From Flavobacteriales bacterium (GTDB lineage: Bacteria > Bacteroidota > Bacteroidia > Flavobacteriales_F > PHOS-HE28), in assembly GCA_020852835.1 (NCBI GenBank), contig JADZAC010000058.1, positions 10,743 to 74,742 on the forward strand: a stretch of 64,000 nucleotides of DNA, written 5' to 3'. The notes beneath the pieces were generated by a model that was given only the letters and a program-made list of their open reading frames with translations, was not told where the DNA came from and ran no database searches. Both the position numbers and the translations under genes were made by a program. This document shows, in pieces, positions 37,054 to 47,193 of this stretch (position 1 is the first letter of the stretch; each line of letters opens with the position of its first letter).

Positions 37054-38166
37054 TCAGGCATTCGGGCCTACCAAGTGCCCTTGCCCTGTGGGCTGCGGAA
37101 GGCCGCTTTCCGTGCGGCGCCGCACGGTGCGCACCAGCAAGTGCCGTTTGCCGCCTTTCACCCGCATGGGCTCAGGGGGGCCGAATGCATAATGCCGTTC
37201 TGCTTCCGGCATACGGTCCAGCAATTCCTGGGTCACCATCAGGTCGGCATGCTGGTTTTTTGCCACGGACTGTACGCGGCTGGTGGTGTTCATCACGTCC
37301 CCGCTGAAATCGATGGCCCGCTTGATGTGGCCGATCTGCGCGGTGATCACCCGCCCGCCGTGCAACCCGCCCCGGAACTGCGGCACGGCACCGAACTCAC
37401 GCAACATCACCGGCCGGTGGGCCTCCAATCTTTCCTGGATGTCGAAGAAGAGGTCCAAGCAGTTGTTGTGCCTGGTGCCGGTTTGCATGGTCCATGTAAA
37501 GATCACTTCATCCCCCACATACTTGTGGATCTCCGCATCATGCCGCAATACGGCCTCCGTCATCAGCGAATGCGTGGTGTTGAGGAAGCGGAAGTAGAGC
37601 ATGTCGCCCAAGCGCTCATTCAAGGCCGAACTGCCCACCAGGTCTATGCTCAGCATCACCCGCTCCCCCACCCTGGGCTTGTCATACCAACCCAGCAAGA
37701 AACCCAGAAAGAAGCGGCGGCCCATGAACTCTTCCACCTGTACCACCAGAATGGAAGCCGAGGTGACCACCACCACCTGCAATGCGAAACGATAGATGCC
37801 CATGGCCTCCACCACGTCTTCCAGCGGCCAATGCAACCGGCTGGCTACCGGAACATCATGCCCGTGGCTGGCCAACCACGCCAACGCCATCAAGGTTACC
37901 GTGAACACATTGACGGCCAACGCCTTGCCGATGAACTGCAAGGGAATGGCGAGCGCCCTGAAGCGCCTGCCGAAGAGGAATTCCTCCAGCACACCGGTCC
38001 AAACGCCCAACATCAACCAAGCCCCGAAAAGCTTCCAGCCGGCATGATCGCCGAAGAGCATCAGCACCGACCCCACCACCGCCGTGACCAAGGCGTACTT
38101 CAGCAGCTTGCGCAGCTTGTAGCGGGTAATGGCCGGCAGATTTCCCAAAACTGAGGAGTACGGCAC
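37054..38166 (-). CDS. Membrane-anchored class III adenylate cyclase
   Basis: N-terminal TM helices are followed by a cyclase homology domain. The metal Asp residues are in SIDLVGSS and YVGDEV, the adenine-specifying Lys in HKYVGD, and the Asn/Arg pair in GDVMNTTSRV. GTG 38166 is chosen because the track start (38277) would overlap the divergent gene at 38202. Confidence 0.8.
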   Translation of the reverse strand: MPYSSVLGNLPAITRYKLRKLLKYALVTAVVGSVLMLFGDHAGWKLFGAWLMLGVWTGVLEEFLFGRRFRALAIPLQFIGKALAVNVFTVTLMALAWLASHGHDVPVASRLHWPLEDVVEAMGIYRFALQVVVVTSASILVVQVEEFMGRRFFLGFLLGWYDKPRVGERVMLSIDLVGSSALNERLGDMLYFRFLNTTHSLMTEAVLRHDAEIHKYVGDEVIFTWTMQTGTRHNNCLDLFFDIQERLEAHRPVMLREFGAVPQFRGGLHGGRVITAQIGHIKRAIDFSGDVMNTTSRVQSVAKNQHADLMVTQELLDRMPEAERHYAFGPPEPMRVKGGKRHLLVRTVRRRTESGLPQPTGQGHLVGPNA

Positions 38167-38201
38167 GAAGATAGCATGCGCCGAACGGTGACCTTTGCGC
38201 C

Positions 38202-38903
38202 ATGTCCTTGCTGAAATCGCTGTTGAGCTATGCGTGGCCCGTGACCCAATGGAAGGGACAGGGCAAATACGGGCCATTGGCCGTGGTGTGGGAACAAGGC
38301 CGTCTGGTGGTGAACAGTGCCCATGCCAACCAGAGCTTCGGCAACCTGCACGCCATCTGGCAGCAGTGCCTGGAGCAGCAGCGGGTAAAGAGCAGGCCGT
38401 TGCGGAGCATCCTGATGCTGGGCTTTGGCGCCGGCAGTGCCGCCCGGATCATCCGGAATGAACTGGGCATCACGGCCCCGATCACCGCCGTGGACGGCGA
38501 CCCGCAGATCTTGAGGATCGCACGGGAGCACTTCCGGTCGGACCACTTGCGGGACCTTCACTTAGTTGAGGACGACGCACACCATTTCATGCAGGGGCAC
38601 CAAGCCCGCCATGACCTGGTGCTGGTCGATCTGTTCCATGAACTGGACTTGGCACCGGGCGTGGATGAAGAACCCTTCATCCACGCCCTGTGCCGCTGTA
38701 CCGCCCCAGGCGGGCTGCTGTGTTTCAACACCATTGCGCATGATGCATCCAGCACCGTGCGGAGCCAACGCACCCTCCGTTGGATGCGTCACTATTTCCA
38801 AGACGTGGAGGAACACGCCTACCAAGGCATCAACCGTTTATTCACAGCAACCCGGCCATCAGCGGGGAATCGGAGCTCCAGCAGGCCGGATCCCGATATT
38901 TGA
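38202..38903 (+). CDS. Spermidine synthase-like class I SAM-dependent methyltransferase
   Basis: SAM motif I is ILMLGFGAGSAARII, followed by AVDGDPQILRIAREHF, VLVDLF and APGGLLCFN. Confidence 0.7.
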   Translation: MSLLKSLLSYAWPVTQWKGQGKYGPLAVVWEQGRLVVNSAHANQSFGNLHAIWQQCLEQQRVKSRPLRSILMLGFGAGSAARIIRNELGITAPITAVDGDPQILRIAREHFRSDHLRDLHLVEDDAHHFMQGHQARHDLVLVDLFHELDLAPGVDEEPFIHALCRCTAPGGLLCFNTIAHDASSTVRSQRTLRWMRHYFQDVEEHAYQGINRLFTATRPSAGNRSSSRPDPDI

Positions 38904-38936
38904 AGCAACCGGCCGATCAACACGCAACACCAAGTT

Positions 38937-41900
38937 TTGGGCCAACAACCGACCATTGCCGCCTTGTTCGCCGTGCTGCTCTGCTGGAGCGCACGGGCCC
39001 AGCCGGTCTGCAGTATCCAACTAGGGGCGGACACCACCATCTGCCAAGGCGGTACTGCCACCTTGCTCGGGCCACCGGGTTATACCAATTACCTCTGGAG
39101 CACCGGCGCACAAACCCAGAACATCAGTGCTGGGGCTGCAGGCCCCTATTGGTGCGAAGTTTCCTATCCCAGCGGCAACCTGGTGTACAATGGCAACTTT
39201 TCCTCGGGGAATACCGGGTTCACCTCCCAGTTCATCTATTCCACCACGTCGGTGCAGAATGAAGGTTACTATGCCGTGGGAACCGACGCAAACGACTTCC
39301 ACAACCAGTTCCAAGGCACCGGTTCGGGCAATTTCCTGATCGCCAATGCAGGTTGGGTAAGCTGGAACAATGGCCAGTTCGACCTCTGGTGCCAAACCAT
39401 CCCCTGCTGCCCGGGCCAAACCTACACGATGAGCTTTATCGGGCGTACGCTCACAAACAACCTGCCGGCCCGCTTGGTGTGGATGATGGACGGACAGCTT
39501 GCCCAATGGCCGGACTTTACGATGCCTGCCTACAATGCCGGTTGGCAAACCTTCACAACCACTTGGACCGCCGGGCCGGGCCAAACCAGCGTGAATGCCT
39601 GCTTGCGCGTTACTTCAGGCAACGGCGTGGGCGACGACTTCGGCATCGACAACATCTCCATCTCGTCCATGGTCACCTTGCGTGATACGGTCCAAGTAGC
39701 GGTTACACCGTTGCCTGTGGTGGACCTCGGCCCCAACCAAACGCTCTGTGCAGGGGATGTTACTACCCTCGATGCCACGGTACCCGGCGGAACCTATGTG
39801 TGGCAGAACGGCAGCACGGCATCCACCTTTCAAGTAACAAGTCCGGGCCACTACAGCGTCACCGTCACGGCACAGAACTGCTCCAGTTCGGATTTTGTGA
39901 ACATCAGCTACAACCCCTTGCCCACGGTAGACCTGGGCCCCGATACGGTATTGTGCACAGGAAGCACCCTGGTGCTCAACGCATTCAGCCCCGGCTACAG
40001 CTACCTCTGGCAGAATGGGTCCACGGCATCCTCCTTTGTGGTGGCCCAGGCCGGTACGTATTGGGTGGAGGTTACCCGGAACAATTGCAGCATGCGCGAC
40101 TCGATCCTCGTCGGATACAAGCCCATGCCCACGGTATTCCTTGGGAACGACACCACCATCTGCGCAGGGTCAACCGTGGTGTTGGACGCCACGGTGCCCG
40201 GGGCTACCTGCCTTTGGGAAAATGGCAGCACCTCCCCAGTTCGGCCTGTTACCGCCACCGGCACGTACCAAGTTTCGGTGGACCTGAACGGCTGCGTCTC
40301 ACAAGACGGCATTTTAGTAACTGTGAACCCGCTGCCTGTAGTAAACCTGGGCGCCGACCAAACGGTTTGCCCGGGCACGGCAGTCACCTTTGATGCCACC
40401 ACCACGGGTGCCTCCTACCTCTGGAATGGGGGCAGCACGTCCGGCACGCTCACCACGCAACAGCCGGGCACCTACAGCGTGCAGGTCACCACTGGCGGAT
40501 GCAGCGCCACGGACACGGTGGCCTTGGCCCTGTTTAACCTGCAAGCCGTGGACCTGGGGCCCGATCGAACGATCTGCGCCGGATCCAGTGCCCGCTTGGG
40601 CGTGCAGGTTCCGGGGGCCACCTACTTGTGGAACACCGGGGCGGCCACGGATTCCATCACCGTAACAACAGGCGGAACCTATTGGGTGGAAACCGTGCTC
40701 AACGGATGCACGGTAAGCGACACCATTCAAGTAGCCTTGGTCCCGCTGCCGCCCGCATCCCTGGGTCCCGATCAACAAATATGTCCCGGAAACAGCATCC
40801 TGCTGGACGCTGCGGCAAGCAACGCCACCTATCTCTGGAACAACGGGGCAACAAGCCCCTCCATCAGCGTTGGCCCCGGCAATTGGTCCGTGGTGGTTAC
40901 GGTAAACGGCTGCAGTGCCAGCGATGCCGTGTCCATTACCGCCTATGCTCCTCCAGTGGTTGACCTTGGCCCGGACACGGTGCTCTGCCCGGGAGAAACG
41001 ATCCTGCTGGATGGTGGCCCGGCCGGCACCTACCAATGGAGCACCGGGGCCACGGGCGCTACCATCGTGGTAAGCAGCCCCACCAACGCGTCGGTCACCG
41101 TGACGGACGGACACGGGTGCCAGGCCAGCGACCAGGTGAACATCGGCTATGCCCAGCCCGGCGCGGTGAACTTGGGGCAGGACACCGGGTTCTGCGCGGG
41201 CGGCCAATTGTTGCTGGACGCCACCACGGCCGGTGCCACCGCCTACCTCTGGAACGATGGCTCCACCAATGCCGTACTACTGACCAGCGTAGCAGGCAGC
41301 TACGCCGTACAGGTCACCATTGGGCAATGCAGCGTTGCCGATACCATACTGGTGGCCTCCTGGCCGCTGCCTGTGGTGAACTTGGGCAATGACACGGTGC
41401 TCTGCCCCGGGGAATCCCTGCTGCTGCAACCACCTTCGGCAGGCTTGGCACTGGCTTGGCAGGATGGCTCCACGGGCAATTCCTTCCTTGTGAACAGCCC
41501 CGGAACATACACCGTGGCTGCCACCAACAGTTACGGCTGCACCGCCGCAGACGCCCTCCAAGTGAACTTCCACACCATCGGACCGCTCAGCTTGGGACCG
41601 GATACAACGATCTGTTCAGGCGGATCGCTCCTGCTGAATGCTTCGCTGCCTGGCGGTTCCACCCAATGGAGCGGTGCCAGCCAAGCTGTTTCCTCGGTGA
41701 TCACGGCCAGCACCGCGGGCATGTATATCGCCACAACCACCGTGGCAGGATGTGCGCTCAGTGATACCATCGTGCTCACCGTAGTGCCCACGCCCAACGC
41801 GGTTCTGGGACCGGACACCAGCCTATGCGCCGGCAGTACCCTGCTGCTCTCCACCACCGGGCCGGCCCCCCTGTGGGATGACGGCACTTCCGGGGCACAA

Positions 41901-43316
41901 CGTTTGATCACCCAAGGCGGCACCTACTGGCTGCAGCTTTCAACAGGCGGATGCACCGGCACCGACAGCATCACCGTGGTCGATCTCCCCGTACCATCGG
42001 TGCAACTGCCGGCCGACACCGGTTTGTGCCCTGCGCAAACCTTGGCCGTGGACGTGACGGTGCCCGGTGGCAGCTACCTATGGAACGATGGCAACACGGC
42101 AGCACAACGGCTGCTGCCTCCCGGAACGTGGCAGGTAGTGGTATGGGCCAACACCTGTTCCGCTACGGACAGCATCGAGATCCTCGCCTTGCCTGCCCCC
42201 GTGCTTGATCTGCCGGCCGACACTACGCTTTGCTCCGGCGAACTGTGGACGATCGACGCCAGCCAGCCCAACAGTACTTACCTCTGGAACACAGGAAGCA
42301 CGGCCTCATCGATCACGGTGGGCACGTCCGGCGTGTACACCGTTGCCGTGGACCGGCAAGGGTGCACCGCATCGGCCTCGGTCAACGTTGCGGTACTGGA
42401 CCTCTCCACCTTCAGCCTGGGGGCGGACACCCTGCTGTGCCCCGGTGAACAGCTGCTGCTGAACGTGACGGTGGCCGGGGCCACGGTCACCTGGCAGAAC
42501 GGCAGCACCGGCCCGCAATTCATCGTAACAGCTGCCGGCACCTACCAAGCGACCGTCGATGCGGCCGGTTGCACAGCGTCCAGCAGCATCGATGTGAACT
42601 TCAGCACCATACCTGCAGCGGCCCTCGGGCCCGACCAGCAGCTCTGTGCCGGGGATTCGCTGCTGCTTGCCGTGGATGCCGGCACAGCCCTAGCCGTTTG
42701 GAACGACGGCAGCACGGAAGGCTCGCTGCTGGCAACAACCACGGGCATCTACACGGTATTGCTTGCCCAAGACGGCTGCCTATCGGCGGATACGGTAAGC
42801 TTGGTGTTCAACCCGGTGCAGGACCAGCTCAGTGTAGCGCCTGACGGCGAGATCTGCTTCGGGCAAACCATCCTGCTGGACGCCAGCACACCCGGTGCCA
42901 CCTATGCTTGGAACAACGGCTCCAGCATGCCGAACCTGGTGGTAGACCAGCCAGGCACGTACAGCGTGACCATCATAGGCCCATGCATCCACGCCGTGGA
43001 TACCATCCGTATCATGGAAGGATCCTGTGCACCCATGGTGCATATCCCCAATGCGTTCACCCCGAACAACGACGGCCACAATGACCTGTTCTTGGCTGTC
43101 GCATCCGAGCCGGTCGACCAGTGGACCTTGAAGGTGTTCGATCAGTGGGGGCTCGAAGTGTTCAGCAGCAACAATGCAGGGGATGGATGGGACGGCACCT
43201 GCGGCGGCCGCGAAGCGCCCATGGGCGTTTATGTGTGGGACCTGCACTACCGGAAAGCGGCCACCGGTGGCGTGGTGCAGGTTCGGGAAAGGGGCAGCGT
43301 AACGTTAGTTCGTTGA
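38937..43316 (+). CDS. T9SS-secreted giant adhesin-like protein with a type-B (gliding-motility CHU_C) C-terminal sorting domain
   Basis: A TTG start is the only in-frame start, giving the short signal (M)GQQPTIAALFAVLLCWSARAQP. An N-terminal CBM-like region is followed by 16 tandem modules. The C-terminus is IPNAFTPNNDGHNDLF...GVYVW...GSVTLVR. Confidence 0.88.
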   Translation: MGQQPTIAALFAVLLCWSARAQPVCSIQLGADTTICQGGTATLLGPPGYTNYLWSTGAQTQNISAGAAGPYWCEVSYPSGNLVYNGNFSSGNTGFTSQFIYSTTSVQNEGYYAVGTDANDFHNQFQGTGSGNFLIANAGWVSWNNGQFDLWCQTIPCCPGQTYTMSFIGRTLTNNLPARLVWMMDGQLAQWPDFTMPAYNAGWQTFTTTWTAGPGQTSVNACLRVTSGNGVGDDFGIDNISISSMVTLRDTVQVAVTPLPVVDLGPNQTLCAGDVTTLDATVPGGTYVWQNGSTASTFQVTSPGHYSVTVTAQNCSSSDFVNISYNPLPTVDLGPDTVLCTGSTLVLNAFSPGYSYLWQNGSTASSFVVAQAGTYWVEVTRNNCSMRDSILVGYKPMPTVFLGNDTTICAGSTVVLDATVPGATCLWENGSTSPVRPVTATGTYQVSVDLNGCVSQDGILVTVNPLPVVNLGADQTVCPGTAVTFDATTTGASYLWNGGSTSGTLTTQQPGTYSVQVTTGGCSATDTVALALFNLQAVDLGPDRTICAGSSARLGVQVPGATYLWNTGAATDSITVTTGGTYWVETVLNGCTVSDTIQVALVPLPPASLGPDQQICPGNSILLDAAASNATYLWNNGATSPSISVGPGNWSVVVTVNGCSASDAVSITAYAPPVVDLGPDTVLCPGETILLDGGPAGTYQWSTGATGATIVVSSPTNASVTVTDGHGCQASDQVNIGYAQPGAVNLGQDTGFCAGGQLLLDATTAGATAYLWNDGSTNAVLLTSVAGSYAVQVTIGQCSVADTILVASWPLPVVNLGNDTVLCPGESLLLQPPSAGLALAWQDGSTGNSFLVNSPGTYTVAATNSYGCTAADALQVNFHTIGPLSLGPDTTICSGGSLLLNASLPGGSTQWSGASQAVSSVITASTAGMYIATTTVAGCALSDTIVLTVVPTPNAVLGPDTSLCAGSTLLLSTTGPAPLWDDGTSGAQRLITQGGTYWLQLSTGGCTGTDSITVVDLPVPSVQLPADTGLCPAQTLAVDVTVPGGSYLWNDGNTAAQRLLPPGTWQVVVWANTCSATDSIEILALPAPVLDLPADTTLCSGELWTIDASQPNSTYLWNTGSTASSITVGTSGVYTVAVDRQGCTASASVNVAVLDLSTFSLGADTLLCPGEQLLLNVTVAGATVTWQNGSTGPQFIVTAAGTYQATVDAAGCTASSSIDVNFSTIPAAALGPDQQLCAGDSLLLAVDAGTALAVWNDGSTEGSLLATTTGIYTVLLAQDGCLSADTVSLVFNPVQDQLSVAPDGEICFGQTILLDASTPGATYAWNNGSSMPNLVVDQPGTYSVTIIGPCIHAVDTIRIMEGSCAPMVHIPNAFTPNNDGHNDLFLAVASEPVDQWTLKVFDQWGLEVFSSNNAGDGWDGTCGGREAPMGVYVWDLHYRKAATGGVVQVRERGSVTLVR
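39718..43030 (+). repeat. 16 tandem modules of about 69 aa (about 207 nt) within the adhesin gene
   Basis: Each unit fits LG(P/A/N)D..(L/I)C.G....L.A...GA.YLW..GST......V...G.Y.V.V....C...D.I.V...P.P with two conserved Cys. A seventeenth, partial copy lies at the N-terminus (about 38990..39190). Confidence 0.85.
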
Positions 43317-45446
43317 AGGTGTTCCGAAACCTTCCTCCTTCCAGAGGAACACGCCATCGGCGAGGCGCAAGTAGCCGAAACGGTTTCCTTCCGTTACCTT
43401 CACCAGGCCTTGATCCACGGGGCTCACCGTGTCATACTGCAGCGGTATCAGCACGTTGCCCGCAGGATCGATCACACCGGAACCTTGCTCCCCGCGGGCA
43501 ATGAGGATCCCACCTGTGCAGTCGGACAAGCCCAAGTATGTTGGCGGCACCACCTCCTTGCCCAAGCTGTCCACCAGGCCGATGCGCCCAGCAGATTCCA
43601 CGCGGCCATATCCCTCATGCAATTCCCATGCTTGATCATAGCGGGCTTCCACCACATTGGCGAACGAGGGTTTGATATAGCCCCACTTGTTTTTACGCTT
43701 CACCGGGATAAGCCCGCTTTCCAGCAGCCCAATGTTGGCATACTGGGGTTGGATCATGATATTGCCCAAGGTATCCACCATGCCCCACTTGCCTCCGCTC
43801 AATACGCGTGCCGACCCGTTGTGGAAATCACCCATGCCGATCGTTAGGGCGTTGGCTTCATAGCGCTGGGGGATCACCCATTGGCCCTTGGTGTCCACGT
43901 AGCCGCATTTTCCTTGGTCGATCACCAGTGCCAAGCCGTTCTTGAACGGCCCTACATGGTCATGCTCCACTGCGAGCACCTCAGCACCAAATCGATCAAT
44001 AATGCCCATGTGCCCATCCTTGCGCACCCGGGAAAGGTGCATGTACATGTAGCCTTCCACCCAGTCGAAGGCACAGGGCACCACCAGCTCGCCATGTGCG
44101 TTGATAACTCCGCGTTGGTCCTCCAGCGCCACCACAGCCAAACCGTGGTGGAACCGCATGGCTCCCTGGAAAGTGAAGGGCACCACCAGCTTGCCCGTTC
44201 CATCGATGTAGCCGAACCGGCCCTGTTGGGATGCGGGAGCCAACCCGTGCTCGAATTCACCCACCTCCTCGAATTCCAATGGCACCACCAGCTTGCCATT
44301 GCGGTCCACGGCGCCTTGCCGGCCGTTCAGCTCCACGGTAGCGAGCCCTTCGCGGTAGTCCAGTACATCATCGTAGACCAAGGGGATGACGGGGTTGCCC
44401 AGTTTGTTCACCGACCCGTTGCGGCCGTCCATGGCCACCTGGGCCTGGCCTTGAGCGAATGCTTCCGCAAAATCGAACTCCGCCTTGATCCGTTCCACGC
44501 CGTCTCTATCGATGTAGCCCCAGCGTCCGCCCTGCCTGAACGGATACAGCACCAAGCTGGCCACCTTGTAGTCGTTCATCAGTTCACCGATGAACGGATA
44601 GTCCGGATGGTCTTTCAGGAACCGGGTGATGTGCTGCACACTGAGCACCTTGGTGTAGGAGGCGTACATGCTGCGCCAGGCATCGGGCACATTGGGATTT
44701 TCCGGGTACCGGTGGATGAAGGCGGCATATTCCTCTGCCGTTTTGTTGGGCGTGGCCAATTCAAACAGCATGTCCTGCGCATCGCGCACATGCGGGCTCT
44801 CCGGATGGTCGAGGATGAAAGCCTCGTATTGGGCTACGGTTCCTTGGGGAACCGCCTCGCGGAAAACCGCTTCCTGCAATCGGGAACGTGCACCCATGGC
44901 TTCCCCGGCATCCGGATACCGGTCCAGGAACGCCCGGTACGCGGCGGCAGTATTGGCTTCCCGCGCTTGGGCGAACGCCAGCTCGTTGCGCCGCTCGATG
45001 GCCTGGGGCACCATGCTGCTCCCGGCATAGGCCGCAATGAAGCGCTCATAGTCCTCCACGCGGCTCATGGCCGCCACTTGTTGCCATGCCAATGACCCCA
45101 CATGTTCCCATTGGGCATGTATCGATGCGGAATCCACGCCCAGCTTGGCCAACCGCACTTTGGCGCGCCCGTCCAACAACAAGTACGCCTCCATGGAACG
45201 CCTGATGGCGGTATAACTGGAATCCAGGTGGAAGAACGGATTGTCCGCCCGCCCGGTGATCACGCTCAAACCATACCATGCTGCCGCTGGCTGGCGCCCG
45301 GTTTCCTTGGTGAACAGTTCCTTGGCTTTGAAGTAGTCATACTGGCCCAAGGCGGCAAACGCTTTTTCCAAGCGGCCCGCAAAGGATCCGGTAGTACACC
45401 CGGCCAGCAATACGCCCACGGTCCATCCCCGCAACACTCCGTTCAT
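43305..45446 (-). CDS. WG-repeat (KWG-type) protein with an N-terminal helical-repeat region
   Basis: Trimmed to ATG 45446 (MNGVLRGWTVGVLLAGCTTG). It has at least 8 WG repeats (GRWGYIDRDG, GRFGYIDGTGKLVVP, KCGYVDTKGQWVIP, GKWGMVDTLGNIMIQP, NKWGYIKP, NRFGYLRL). Confidence 0.85.
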   Translation of the reverse strand: MNGVLRGWTVGVLLAGCTTGSFAGRLEKAFAALGQYDYFKAKELFTKETGRQPAAAWYGLSVITGRADNPFFHLDSSYTAIRRSMEAYLLLDGRAKVRLAKLGVDSASIHAQWEHVGSLAWQQVAAMSRVEDYERFIAAYAGSSMVPQAIERRNELAFAQAREANTAAAYRAFLDRYPDAGEAMGARSRLQEAVFREAVPQGTVAQYEAFILDHPESPHVRDAQDMLFELATPNKTAEEYAAFIHRYPENPNVPDAWRSMYASYTKVLSVQHITRFLKDHPDYPFIGELMNDYKVASLVLYPFRQGGRWGYIDRDGVERIKAEFDFAEAFAQGQAQVAMDGRNGSVNKLGNPVIPLVYDDVLDYREGLATVELNGRQGAVDRNGKLVVPLEFEEVGEFEHGLAPASQQGRFGYIDGTGKLVVPFTFQGAMRFHHGLAVVALEDQRGVINAHGELVVPCAFDWVEGYMYMHLSRVRKDGHMGIIDRFGAEVLAVEHDHVGPFKNGLALVIDQGKCGYVDTKGQWVIPQRYEANALTIGMGDFHNGSARVLSGGKWGMVDTLGNIMIQPQYANIGLLESGLIPVKRKNKWGYIKPSFANVVEARYDQAWELHEGYGRVESAGRIGLVDSLGKEVVPPTYLGLSDCTGGILIARGEQGSGVIDPAGNVLIPLQYDTVSPVDQGLVKVTEGNRFGYLRLADGVFLWKEEGFGTPSTN

Positions 45447-45450
45447 GGCC

Positions 45451-45458
45451 CAAAAATA
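45451..45458 (-). promoter_or_regulatory. -7 promoter box TATTTTTG, 4 nt from ATG 45446 (leaderless-type arrangement)
   Basis: Exact TAnnTTTG match on the minus strand; the spacer is GGCC, then ATG. A TTG lies 24 nt upstream of the box. Confidence 0.45.
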
Positions 45459-45644
45459 CCCCGGCACTTCCAGGTGTGGACGCAATCGCTGGATCGGCCG
45501 TTCGGCCAGGCCGGTTCGCTGCACCCACGGCTCTGCCTTTGTACCGGACGGGATGGGTGCGGCGATGCTGCGATCCCCATGCGAGGCGCAGCCGGGAGAA
45601 GCGATGCGCAGCCGGAGCCTTTGTGTTTCCCGGGCCTGGGCCGA

Positions 45645-46400
45645 TCAATGGAAACTGTCGTAGGCGCCCTTGAACTCAGGGTCGTCCATAAAAGCATCCT
45701 TGCCTACCTCAATGGCGGCACGAGCGCCGCTGGGATCGCCCTTGCCGTCCAAGTATTCGGCGTAGTGGATCAGGGCGCTCTTCATGAGCTTTTTCTGGTC
45801 TTCAGGCAGGGCGTTGACCCCCCCGGAAGCCTCCAAGGCCTTTTTATATTCGGCCATGCTCAGGTCGCCATCCTTCATCAAGTTGCTCTTGTACTGGGCC
45901 AGGGCCAGCATGAGCCAGGGGCCCGGGTTCTCCGGGTAATAGCGCGTCATGTACTCGAAGTTGCGCTTGGCCTTGCTCATCTCCTTGGGGCCGGCCTCAT
46001 AGGCGATCAAGCCGCTTTCCTGGGCCACGGTGTTCAGTTCACCCCAATAGTCATCGTAATCGTGGAAAAATTCCAGGTCCTTGTCCTTCTTGCGGTATTT
46101 GCCGGCCCACTTGAGCGCCTCGCGGTCGGCGTTCTTGAAGTCATCCATCTCCTGGTACTTGGGGATCTTGCTCATCTCGAACAAGCACATGCTCATGTAC
46201 AGGTAGGGCAAGGCGTCCTTTTTCGTGTTGTCCGCCATGGTGTAACGCTCGGCCTTCAAGATGCAGTCCTCGTACTTCTCGTCCACATATTTCACCAGCA
46301 GGTCCTCATAGGGTTTGGATTGCGCCTGCACGGAGGAAGCCGTGAAGGTGCAGGCGGCAAGGATCGCGGAAAGAGGAACCAGGAAAGACCTCATCATCAT
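45645..46400 (-). CDS. Hypothetical secreted helical protein (251 aa)
   Basis: Trimmed to ATG 46400 (MMMRSFLVPLSAILAACTFTASSVQAQ). The composition is Lys/Glu/Tyr-rich and clearly coding, unlike the antisense ORFs. Confidence 0.65.
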   Translation of the reverse strand: MMMRSFLVPLSAILAACTFTASSVQAQSKPYEDLLVKYVDEKYEDCILKAERYTMADNTKKDALPYLYMSMCLFEMSKIPKYQEMDDFKNADREALKWAGKYRKKDKDLEFFHDYDDYWGELNTVAQESGLIAYEAGPKEMSKAKRNFEYMTRYYPENPGPWLMLALAQYKSNLMKDGDLSMAEYKKALEASGGVNALPEDQKKLMKSALIHYAEYLDGKGDPSGARAAIEVGKDAFMDDPEFKGAYDSFH

Positions 46401-46489
46401 AGGGGGTGGATTGGTAGGTGCTTGTACGCAAGAACGATGCCGAAGGTAAGGAGCTTGCCCCAAGTGCGGTGGAACGCCGCGCCACAGGG

Positions 46490-46497
46490 TACTTTCG
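46490..46497 (+). promoter_or_regulatory. -7-like box TACTTTCG, 6 nt from the trmD ATG
   Basis: One mismatch to TAnnTTTG. The same variant also precedes rlmI (23-nt spacer). Confidence 0.35.
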
Positions 46498-46503
46498 CGG
46501 CCC

Positions 46504-47193
46504 ATGCGCATCGACATCCTCACCGCGCTGCCCCGCCTGCTGGACAGCTACTTCAACGAGAGCATCCTGAAGCGTGCCCAAGCCAAGGGGTTGGCCGAAG
46601 TACATGTGCATGACCTGCGGGAGTTCAGCGAAGACAAGCACCGGCGTGTGGACGACTACCCCTTTGGCGGCGGTGCGGGCATGGTGATGACCATCGGGCC
46701 GATCGACAAGGCGATCGCATGGTTGAAAGGCCAGCGTCGCTACGATGAGGTCATCTACATGAGCCCGGACGGCGAACTGCTGGACCAGCCCATGGTGAAC
46801 CGGATGAGTTCGCTGAAGAACCTGATCATCCTTTGCGGGCACTACAAGGGTGTGGACGAACGCGTGCGGGAGCATTTGATCGATCGCGAGGTAAGCATCG
46901 GCAACTACGTGCTTAGCGGCGGGGAACTGCCTGCAGCCGTGCTGAGCGACGCCCTGATCCGGCTGCTTCCGGGGGTGCTGGGGGATGAAACCAGCGCACT
47001 CTCGGACAGTTTCCAGGACGGGTTGGTAGCACCGCCGATGTATACCCGGCCGGAGGCGTACGGCGACTGGAAGGTGCCCGAGGTACTGTTGAGCGGCCAT
47101 GCTGCACGCATACAGGAATGGCGCCATAAGCAGAGCGTGGAGCGCACCCAAGTGAGGCGGCCGCGCCTGTTGGATGAAAATGATCCCGGTTAA
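46504..47193 (+). CDS. trmD: tRNA (guanine37-N1)-methyltransferase TrmD
   Basis: [25 protein letters not shown]...[13 protein letters not shown]...[13 protein letters not shown]...[14 protein letters not shown]. Confidence 0.96.
   Translation: MRIDILTALPRLLDSYFNESILKRAQAKGLAEVHVHDLREFSEDKHRRVDDYPFGGGAGMVMTIGPIDKAIAWLKGQRRYDEVIYMSPDGELLDQPMVNRMSSLKNLIILCGHYKGVDERVREHLIDREVSIGNYVLSGGELPAAVLSDALIRLLPGVLGDETSALSDSFQDGLVAPPMYTRPEAYGDWKVPEVLLSGHAARIQEWRHKQSVERTQVRRPRLLDENDPG

Noticed and set aside
38167-38277. The longer adenylate cyclase start at 38277.
   Set aside because: It would overlap the divergent methyltransferase gene by 76 nt and adds a non-hydrophobic Arg/Ser-rich extension. GTG 38166 sits just before the first TM helix. 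The start is still uncertain.
45447-45644. A 198-nt spacer with a duplicated CGCAGCCGG (two copies 11 nt apart) and GGCC...GGCC mini-palindromes, considered as SRP RNA or another sRNA.
   Set aside because: It has no GNRA-capped domain IV-like helix or other conserved sRNA signature. The stems are 4-6 bp of GC and are expected by chance at this base composition.
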